A DNA stretch of 64,000 nucleotides from an uncultured Candidatus Saccharibacteria bacterium (GTDB lineage Bacteria > Patescibacteriota > Minisyncoccia > Phycocordibacterales > GWA1-40-21). The notes beneath the pieces are model-generated. The model had not been told where the DNA came from. It saw only the letters and a program-made list of their open reading frames with translations, and ran no database searches. The DNA lies in contig CAZMNX010000001.1 of NCBI GenBank assembly GCA_964567825.1, positions 34,775 through 98,774 on the forward strand. The letters are read 5' to 3'. Position numbers and translations under genes: made by a program. Shown here piece after piece: positions 57,132-64,000 of this stretch. Position 1 is the stretch's first letter. Each line of letters opens with the position of its first letter.

Positions 57132-57824
57132 TTATAGGGCTAAGATAAAGCGTTCTAGAGCCACCGCGAAGTCTATTTCGCCACGATGAGCCTCGTGATA
57201 CATATTAAAAAGCTGTGAGGACATCTTTTTGAGCTTTTTTGAATCATAGTTTCGAAATTGCTGATCAGAAAGCATCTTTTTAACTTTCCAAAAGAAAATG
57301 CCGTGCACCTCTTCCGATGGCACTTTTTCCGCTAAAGCATCTTGATACAAAGTCCACAATTCCTTTTTATTTTTATCGCCTAAAGCATTAGCAAATTCAA
57401 AAAAATCAATCTTCTCCCCTTTTAAGGCTAGGGCCTCTTTTTTATTTAATTTTTTTTCTGGTTTTACAAATTCCTCAATCTTATTATTTTCACTCTCATA
57501 TTTCTTAAATTTCTCCAGTTCTTTTTTATTTAGCTTACCCTCTAAAAACACAAAAAAGTTTGGCGAGGTGCTGATATCCTTTATTTTTCCCAACAAAACT
57601 TCCCCGGTCTCTTCTTCATCACAAAGGTGATCAGCAAAAACTAAAGTTTTAGCAAAAAACAAACCCTGACTGGCGATCAATTCATCCAGCTTACTTTCTG
57701 AAAAATTCTCGACGTTTAATTTAAAAAAACCAGCATCCGCATGCTTCTTTTTAGCGGCCACAATATTCTTTTGGGCCACATTTCGGGCCTTGGCCGTGTC
57801 GGTACCGTGGAATAAGAAAAACAT
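57132..57824 (-). CDS. holA: DNA polymerase III delta subunit-like (HolA)
   Basis: N-terminal FFLFHGTD (y-l-y-G-D type motif), C-terminal GEIDFAVALERFIL, directly downstream of polA. Confidence 0.5.
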   Translation of the reverse strand: MFFLFHGTDTAKARNVAQKNIVAAKKKHADAGFFKLNVENFSESKLDELIASQGLFFAKTLVFADHLCDEEETGEVLLGKIKDISTSPNFFVFLEGKLNKKELEKFKKYESENNKIEEFVKPEKKLNKKEALALKGEKIDFFEFANALGDKNKKELWTLYQDALAEKVPSEEVHGIFFWKVKKMLSDQQFRNYDSKKLKKMSSQLFNMYHEAHRGEIDFAVALERFILAL

Positions 57825-57841
57825 GATTTAACTATAACCTA

Positions 57842-60229
57842 TTATTTAACTTTTTCCATCTCGCCCCAATTGTCCCCAATGGCAATTTCCGCCACACAAA
57901 CCACCCCCTTAGTATCCTTTGGGTCAATTACACTTTCCATTATTTTCTTAATTTTGGGAGCTAAATCTTTAATTAATTCTTCTTTTATTTCATACACCAG
58001 TTCATCGTGTACTTGTAATAGTAAATGAGCGTTAGTGGCACCGAGAAACTCATCCACCTTCACCATCGCCAATTTTACAATGTCCGCCTCGGTTCCCTGC
58101 ACCGGCGCATTGATCGCCATACGCTCGGCCATCGCCCGCATGAATGGTAATTTCGATTTTAAACCCTCAAAATAGCGACGACGACCAAAAAAAGTTTCGG
58201 TGTAGCCGGTACGTAAAGCGTCGGCTTTCACTGAATCTAAATATTTGGCCAAACCAGAAAATTTAGCAAAGTAATCATCGTAGAACTTTTGCGCTTCAGC
58301 GCGATCGGTACCAAGATTTACCTTCAAAGCCGAAACGCCCATCCCATACATGATGCCGAAGTTAATTATTTTCGCTCGACGACGCATTTCTTTATCTACC
58401 TTCTCAAGTGGCACGCCAAACACCTCGGAAGCGACCGCCGTGTGCACGTCCTCTCCTGTTTTAAAAATCTCAATTAATTTTTTATCGCTCGATAAAAAAG
58501 CAGCGATTCGTAATTCGATTTGTGAATAATCAAAAGCGACTAATTTATAACCAGGCGTGGCACAAAAAGCTTGGCGAATTTCTCGTCCCAAATCCGTTCT
58601 ATTCGGAATGTTTTGAAGATTTGGATCAGCCGAAGACATCCTCCCTGTTGTGGTCCCGGTTTGTAAAAATTTTGCGTGCAACCTACCATCTTCCGCCACC
58701 ATATTGGGAATATTATCAATATAAGTGGAGAGCATTTTTTGCAATTCGCGATATTCCAAAATAAGTGGAATTATGGGGCTCAAATCCTTCATTTTTTCAA
58801 GCTCACTTTCTTTAGTTGAAACCTTACCACCAGCCGTTTTTTTCTGATTCTTCACTTTCAAACCCATCTTCACAAACAAAACTTCCCCCATTTGTTTTGG
58901 TGAATTGATATTAAATTCCCCACCAGCTAAATCCCAAATTTTCTTTTCTAAAATTGCTAGTTCTTTATGATGAGTGACTGAAAGTTTATTCAAAAGTTCT
59001 TTATCTACCACAATTCCACGATTTTGCATTTTCTCAATCACTGGAATTAATGGTTTTTCAATCTTGTCAAAAACTTTGTCTAATTTTTTATCCTTTATTT
59101 CTTGCATCAAAGATTGATGCGCTTCTTTCAAAGTTTTCTTGGCCGAAAAACTTAAAATATCATTCAAATCTGGACTCGTTAGAGTTGAATTAATAATCCA
59201 CAGAGCAATAGCTGATTCCTTAAGCAGCGCCTCGTCAATAATTTCTATTACTGAATCCTTAACCTCGTCCACTAAACTCGACTGGGTTGGCACGGCGCCC
59301 ATCACCTCTTTAAATCTCGCACTCAATGTTCTGAACTCCAAATCAATCCACACCTTCGCAATTTTTTCAAAATCCAAATTTTCCTGCCAATTTTTAGCTG
59401 GAATTTCAAACTCAATTGGCGCATCTTTGCGAATGGTACCGAGCATTTTAGAAAACAAAGCCTCTTCCTCACCCTCTTCGAGTAATTTAAAAATTCGTTC
59501 GGTAATTCCGACTTTTTTGAAGGTCTCTAGTGCCCCCTTAGCCTTTAATTTTTTATAAATATCTTCGATGGTGCCAAAATTTTGAATTAGAATACTGGCC
59601 GTTTTTTCACCAATGCCTTTAATACCAATAATGTTATCTGATGGGTCACCACGCAGACCTTTATAATCTGGCAAAAGTTTCGGTTCAAAGCCAAACCTTT
59701 CCAGCACCGCCTTCTCGTTGTAAATGATAGTATCTTTAATACCCTTTTTTAAAGTGTAAACTCGCACTTTGTCGTCTACCACCAATTGCAAAGTATCCAT
59801 ATCGCCCGAAGCGATTACTACTTCATTTTGTTTAGCATTTTCTAAATCTTCAGAAATTATTTTAGACAAGGTGCCGATCATATCGTCGGCTTCAAAACCC
59901 TCTTTGGCAAAAATAGGAATATTTAGGGCTTCAAAAATTTCTCGCGATCTTTTTAATTGCGCCACGAGAGCATCATCGGTTTTGGCGCGGCCGGCCTTAT
60001 ATTCTTTATACGCTTCATGACGGTAAGTCGGTTTCGGTAAATCGTAGCAAGCCAAAATATAATCCGGTTTTAAATCGTCAATAATCTTGATCAGCATAGT
60101 CGACAAACCATACAAAGCCCCCGTCGGCTCGCCTTTACTGGTCGCAAAATCTGGCAAGGCATGATAAGCACGATGAATAATCGCGTGAACGTCGAGCAAG
60201 ACAAATTTTTGAACTTCTTTCTTAATCAC
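57842..60229 (-). CDS. polA: DNA polymerase I (5'-3' exonuclease plus polymerase domains)
   Basis: N-terminal 5'-nuclease region and C-terminal family A polymerase motifs (DYSQIELR, LLLQVHDELVYE); 795 aa. Confidence 0.9.
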   Translation of the reverse strand: MIKKEVQKFVLLDVHAIIHRAYHALPDFATSKGEPTGALYGLSTMLIKIIDDLKPDYILACYDLPKPTYRHEAYKEYKAGRAKTDDALVAQLKRSREIFEALNIPIFAKEGFEADDMIGTLSKIISEDLENAKQNEVVIASGDMDTLQLVVDDKVRVYTLKKGIKDTIIYNEKAVLERFGFEPKLLPDYKGLRGDPSDNIIGIKGIGEKTASILIQNFGTIEDIYKKLKAKGALETFKKVGITERIFKLLEEGEEEALFSKMLGTIRKDAPIEFEIPAKNWQENLDFEKIAKVWIDLEFRTLSARFKEVMGAVPTQSSLVDEVKDSVIEIIDEALLKESAIALWIINSTLTSPDLNDILSFSAKKTLKEAHQSLMQEIKDKKLDKVFDKIEKPLIPVIEKMQNRGIVVDKELLNKLSVTHHKELAILEKKIWDLAGGEFNINSPKQMGEVLFVKMGLKVKNQKKTAGGKVSTKESELEKMKDLSPIIPLILEYRELQKMLSTYIDNIPNMVAEDGRLHAKFLQTGTTTGRMSSADPNLQNIPNRTDLGREIRQAFCATPGYKLVAFDYSQIELRIAAFLSSDKKLIEIFKTGEDVHTAVASEVFGVPLEKVDKEMRRRAKIINFGIMYGMGVSALKVNLGTDRAEAQKFYDDYFAKFSGLAKYLDSVKADALRTGYTETFFGRRRYFEGLKSKLPFMRAMAERMAINAPVQGTEADIVKLAMVKVDEFLGATNAHLLLQVHDELVYEIKEELIKDLAPKIKKIMESVIDPKDTKGVVCVAEIAIGDNWGEMEKVK

Positions 60230-60266
60230 GATTAAGGTATTATAGCATTTTCAAAACTTAATCTTG

Positions 60267-61661
60267 TCACTGTAAATATGGATAGCTACTTCCTTCATCA
60301 ATGATCCAAACGGAATCGAAATCCCAATCGGTGAAAGTCTCCTGTTGATACATGGCTGAGGTTGTGGTGCCTGTACCCAGAGCACTTTCCAACATTCCTG
60401 AAGTTTCGATATCCCAAAAAGAATAATTCACAGTACAACCAAAGGAAGAAAGACCAATTAGACCTCCGCGACCATCTCCGTCTCCACCAACAATCAAACC
60501 AGTAGAGTAAGAATTACTAATACTAGCCATGGAACACTGCCCAGCTAACCCGCCAACAGCACTAGACCCTTCTACACTCGCCAAAGAATATGAATTCGTA
60601 ATTCCACTATGACTCCCGATCGATCCGACCAAACCACCAACAGCATTCAACCCATTAACACTACCGGTCACATATGAATTTAAAGTGTCAGAATCCGCCA
60701 GTGCTCCAACCAAACCACCTACCGCGTTACCCCCAAAAATATTTACATCAACTAAGCCTAGATTAGAGATACTGCCCATTGAAAATCCAAAAAGACCGAC
60801 GTATCCAGTTTCTGGTAAATTGATAGTTAAATCGGATATTGTATAATTTTGTCCGTTTAAAGTACCGGCGAACTTATTTGATGGATTGCCGATCGGCTGC
60901 CAATCTGCTCCAAACTCATCATAACCGAAGGTATCAACATCGAGATTATTATTCAAAACAAAATAAGAATTTATAAGATAATATCTAATATTATTCAGTT
61001 GAGCCCAATTACAAATCTGATATGGGTTACCTTCAGATCCATCCCCTCCACAGAACTCTGGGGAGTATTCTCCGGCCACCCCTAAATAAGTTACCCCCTC
61101 TGCGACAAAAGGGGCTTTATCAACACCAAGCTGAGACAACAACTCGTAAATTTGAACCAAATTACACATGGAATTATTTGGAGGACCAGAAGGAGAACTG
61201 GCGTGGGCGGCGGCAGTCGTGGTGGTGTTGTTGTTAATCAAATTACAAATATCTTCTAAAGAATAACCAGTGGGATCACCGGGTGAACCGTGGGGAGTGA
61301 GAGAAGAAGCGATGACACTAGTGGTGGCATAAACAGGATCAGGATTTCCATAATCACCAGTGACTCCGAGGTAAACAGTACCGGTAGCCACATTTTCTCT
61401 TTTAATTAAATTTGCCAGGTCAGCATAAAGTTGCGATATGGAGTATGAAGAAGTGGCTGTGGGTGAAGTAGTTGGAGAAAAAGAATGATCACCCTCTACC
61501 GCTGTATCAATACTATGAATCAAATTATAAATATCAGTTGTTGTGTAATACATGGGCCTGACTTCTCCGGTGTTATATGCAAACTCAGCAACAACAAGAA
61601 CAGTAGACAAGATCAAAATCAAACAAACAAAAAATATTACTGAGCTAAAATTAGCTTTCAT
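60267..61661 (-). CDS. secreted GLUG-motif repeat protein
   Basis: Signal peptide, then repeated G-GLVG..N.Y..G.V.G...VGGLVG units (GLUG-like), Thr/Ser-rich linker. Confidence 0.55.
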   Translation of the reverse strand: MKANFSSVIFFVCLILILSTVLVVAEFAYNTGEVRPMYYTTTDIYNLIHSIDTAVEGDHSFSPTTSPTATSSYSISQLYADLANLIKRENVATGTVYLGVTGDYGNPDPVYATTSVIASSLTPHGSPGDPTGYSLEDICNLINNNTTTTAAAHASSPSGPPNNSMCNLVQIYELLSQLGVDKAPFVAEGVTYLGVAGEYSPEFCGGDGSEGNPYQICNWAQLNNIRYYLINSYFVLNNNLDVDTFGYDEFGADWQPIGNPSNKFAGTLNGQNYTISDLTINLPETGYVGLFGFSMGSISNLGLVDVNIFGGNAVGGLVGALADSDTLNSYVTGSVNGLNAVGGLVGSIGSHSGITNSYSLASVEGSSAVGGLAGQCSMASISNSYSTGLIVGGDGDGRGGLIGLSSFGCTVNYSFWDIETSGMLESALGTGTTTSAMYQQETFTDWDFDSVWIIDEGSSYPYLQ

Positions 61662-61718
61662 GAGAAAATTATATCACTCTGTGGTGAATTTTACATCTAT
61701 ATATAGACCATATGAGTG

Positions 61719-62162
61719 TCACCACACTATTTCCCGCTCGTTCTCCGAGATAAATTTAAAATTAAGTCTGATTAAATCTTTTGGCAAGACATCAATCACC
61801 CGCTCTGGCCATTCTAATAAAATTAAATTGCTTTTATCTTGGAGTATTTTTTCAAAACCCAAAACCTGTAACTCTCTTCCGGAGTCAAGACGATAAGCAT
61901 CAATGTGAATTAAGTTTTTAAAATTATTTTTACCGTCGAGCTGATATATTTTTTCAATTACAAAAGTTGGACTGGTCATAAACTCATTAATTCCCAAATG
62001 GCGACCGAGAGCTTGCGAAAAAGTGGTTTTACCAGAACCGAGGTCGCCAAACAAGCCGATGAGGGTGGCCGTTTCCTTTCCCTTTTCTAATTTAATAATC
62101 TTACTTAAAAAATCACCCGCAATCTTATTCGTCTCTTCTAAACTTTTACTTAAAAATTTCAT
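61719..62162 (-). CDS. tsaE: tRNA threonylcarbamoyladenosine biosynthesis protein TsaE
   Basis: LFGDLGSGKTTFSQALGRHLGI P-loop and HIDAYRL; 147 aa. Confidence 0.85.
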   Translation of the reverse strand: MKFLSKSLEETNKIAGDFLSKIIKLEKGKETATLIGLFGDLGSGKTTFSQALGRHLGINEFMTSPTFVIEKIYQLDGKNNFKNLIHIDAYRLDSGRELQVLGFEKILQDKSNLILLEWPERVIDVLPKDLIRLNFKFISENEREIVW

Positions 62163-62185
62163 CGCTATATTTTAGCATAAAAAAA

Positions 62186-62230
62186 GGAGCGCGCTGGGAG
62201 ATTTTCCTCTCCCAAACGCGCCAGGCCCTT
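62186..62230 (-). terminator. rho-independent terminator of GC-rich cassette F
   Basis: Compound hairpin GCGCG-CT-GGGAGA-TTTTCC-TCTCCC-AAA-CGCGC, followed on the minus strand by TCCTTTTTTT. Confidence 0.6.
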
Positions 62231-62236
62231 AGGCCT

Positions 62237-62575
62237 TCACCGTTGCCGTGGTGGTAATTGGGGCAACAGCCCCTGGAACTCCTGGCCCGATGGGGACTGA
62301 CTGACACCAGCCTGAGACCCGCCACCACTCGTTCCCCAACTCCAGTTCCCGCTGGTGTGCCAGGTACCACCATTGTATGGCACAACCGCCGCGCCATTGC
62401 CCGTGCTGCGGGCTTTGTTGTGATAGGTTGTCGTTTCCTTGATCGTACCATCGGGCAGGGTCACCCGCTCGTAGGTGGTTTCCCCGCTGTTTTCGGATTC
62501 TGACACCTGTGGTGCCGTCATGCACCCGCCCGCCAGCACGAGCCCAATCATCGCAAAGAACACTGTCGTTTTCAT
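62237..62575 (-). CDS. GC-rich cassette F: small lipoprotein (lipobox LAGGC), Gly/Ser/Thr/Trp-rich
   Basis: MKTTVFFAMIGLVLAGGC signal/lipobox; SD AGGGGA; GC-rich. Confidence 0.5.
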   Translation of the reverse strand: MKTTVFFAMIGLVLAGGCMTAPQVSESENSGETTYERVTLPDGTIKETTTYHNKARSTGNGAAVVPYNGGTWHTSGNWSWGTSGGGSQAGVSQSPSGQEFQGLLPQLPPRQR

Positions 62576-62634
62576 ATCGCATCCCCTGGTTAACCCACAC
62601 TATCACTCGGAATTTCGAAAACTACTATTCCACT

Positions 62635-62663
62635 ATTATACACCCAAACGTCTTTCCTGTCAA
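62635..62663 (-). promoter_or_regulatory. consensus sigma70-like promoter (TTGACA-17-TATAAT) for the cassette F lipoprotein gene
   Basis: Minus strand reads TTGACAGGAAAGACGTTTGGGTGTATAAT about 60 nt upstream of the ATG at 62575. Confidence 0.5.
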
Positions 62664-62722
62664 GCACAATTATTCCCCCTAAACCCTTACAGCTCAAGCC
62701 TATTTTGTGGTATTATATTGGC

Positions 62723-64000
62723 ATGACCACCTTTGACAATGAAGACAAGCAAGAAAAAAGGCTTGAGGAATTACGTAAAAAAGAAGAGGAGGATGTAGTT
62801 CAAATTTTGGCCACCAAATATGGCTTGGATTTTATTGATCTTAGACCAATTCCAATTAATACCGACGCCCTTCGTTTGATTCCTGAGGATCTAGCTCGCG
62901 AAGCTAAAATAGCGGCCTATGATCGCGTGGCTAAAAAAATTCAAATCGTGGTTTTCTCTCCAAAAAATGAAAAGGCGGCAATTATTTTAAAGAAACTAGA
63001 AGCCGACGGTTACAAATTACAGATCAGTATGGCCACCACGGCCAGCCTAGAAAAAGCCTGGGAGCGCTATAAAGATTTATCTTATGCCGTAAATAGCACG
63101 GCCGGAACTTTTGATATTTCTACCGCCCAAGTGACCGACTTCATGGCTAAGATAAAAAAAATTGAAGATGTTTCTTTAATCATAAAAGATATTTTGGCCC
63201 TAAAGAAAGCTTATAAGATTTCCAAGATGATGGAGGCGATGATCGCCGGGGCTCTCGCTCTCTCGGCTTCCGATGTTCACGTCGAGCCGGAAGAAAAATA
63301 TGTTCGAATTCGTTTCCGACTTGATGGTGTGCTCTTAAATGTTTTTGATTTCGACGTGGAAACCTACGAGCTTCTACTTTCTCGTATTAAATTATTGTCG
63401 GGAATGAAATTAAACGTCAAAAATACCTCCCAAGACGGCCGTTTCAGTGTGAAAATTTTGGATAATGATATTGAAATCCGTTCCTCGATCTTGCCAGGAG
63501 CTTACAATGAATCCATTGTTATGCGCTTACTTAATCCTAAATCCATCGCCGTACCACTTGAAGAATTAGGTATCGAGGAAAGAACTTTAAACTCACTCAT
63601 GGAGCAAATTAACAAGCCAAACGGTATGCTTTTAATTACTGGTCCGACTGGTTCTGGTAAAACCACGACCCTCTATGCCTTCATGAAAAAGATTTCCACT
63701 CCGGATATTAAAATAATCACGATTGAAGATCCAATCGAGTATCACTTACCGGGAATTGTTCAAACTCAGGTGGAAGAAGAAAAAGATTACACTTTCCTAT
63801 CGGGTTTGCGCTCAGCCTTAAGACAAGACCCCGACGTAATCATGGTTGGAGAAATTCGAGACAGTGAAACGGCCACCATTGCCATTAACTCGGCCCTAAC
63901 TGGCCACTTGGTTTTTTCAACCCTACACACCAACACGGCCGCCGGAGCCTTCCCCCGCTTAATTGATCTCGGAGTTAATCCAAAAATTATTTCTTCCGCA
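62723..64000 (+). CDS. pilB: type IV pilus / type II secretion assembly ATPase (PilB/GspE family), C-terminus beyond the window
   Basis: LLITGPTGSGKTTTLYA Walker A, DPDVIMVGEIRD Walker B/Asp box, FSTLHTN His box; the frame stays open to the window end. Confidence 0.85.
   Translation, partial: MTTFDNEDKQEKRLEELRKKEEEDVVQILATKYGLDFIDLRPIPINTDALRLIPEDLAREAKIAAYDRVAKKIQIVVFSPKNEKAAIILKKLEADGYKLQISMATTASLEKAWERYKDLSYAVNSTAGTFDISTAQVTDFMAKIKKIEDVSLIIKDILALKKAYKISKMMEAMIAGALALSASDVHVEPEEKYVRIRFRLDGVLLNVFDFDVETYELLLSRIKLLSGMKLNVKNTSQDGRFSVKILDNDIEIRSSILPGAYNESIVMRLLNPKSIAVPLEELGIEERTLNSLMEQINKPNGMLLITGPTGSGKTTTLYAFMKKISTPDIKIITIEDPIEYHLPGIVQTQVEEEKDYTFLSGLRSALRQDPDVIMVGEIRDSETATIAINSALTGHLVFSTLHTNTAAGAFPRLIDLGVNPKIISSA

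Noticed and set aside
9350-62620. Explaining the GC-rich segments as contig chimerism or contamination
   Set aside because: Six separate segments each coincide with one ORF (or ORF pair) plus a terminator, and they are flanked on both sides by low-GC host genes. Several have host-like promoters and SD sites. Only read-level checks could fully exclude an assembly artefact, but by eye it looks unlikely.
1-64000. CRISPR arrays, rRNA genes, integrase/transposase genes
   Set aside because: No regularly spaced short direct repeats, no rRNA-like conserved stretches and no recombinase-like ORFs were seen. The cassettes are therefore described as compositional islands rather than as defined mobile elements.

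Overview
This 64-kb window is low-GC (about 35-40%) with compact, mostly minus-strand coding, and its gene content looks like a CPR/Patescibacteria-type genome (inferred from gene content only). Housekeeping genes include tsaC, tsaE, rplS, rpsT, ruvX, ruvA, mutM, polA, a holA-like gene, zwf, a gnd-like gene, an ABC-F ATPase, a pilM/N/O operon and a partial pilB/GspE, DsbA/DsbB, several GT2 glycosyltransferases, a GT-C glycosyltransferase, and 7 tRNAs. Three things stand out. (1) Six ORF-sized segments of about 60% GC (about 9.35-10.34 kb, 11.32-11.90 kb, 29.73-30.85 kb, 31.0-31.95 kb, 55.5-57.0 kb, 62.19-62.58 kb) interrupt the low-GC background. Each is a single gene or gene pair with a low-GC host-like promoter and Shine-Dalgarno (SD) site and its own GC-rich hairpin terminator. 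They encode two paralogous unknown ~290-aa proteins, two SPFH-like membrane paralogs with an ATGA overlap, a REC-domain-like protein with a membrane partner, and a lipoprotein. (2) A roughly 20-kb array (33.1-54.0 kb) holds eight diverged, divergently transcribed pairs of a TrmB-family regulator and a Liv-type periplasmic substrate-binding protein (SBP). A single dispersed set of ABC core genes (livF, livG, livM, livH) lies among them, along with an orphan MazF-like toxin and an NYN-domain RNase that share a conserved 5' leader containing a DnaA-box 9-mer. (3) Two Cys-rich secreted proteins share an identical ~175-bp promoter-plus-leader module and flank a membrane thioredoxin-fold protein. 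Other findings are 30-bp direct repeats flanking a methyltransferase gene, and palindromic operator-like sites in the regulator/SBP intergenic regions, including a CRP-like TGTGA-N6-TCACA. All calls are from reading the sequence by eye; no searches were run.
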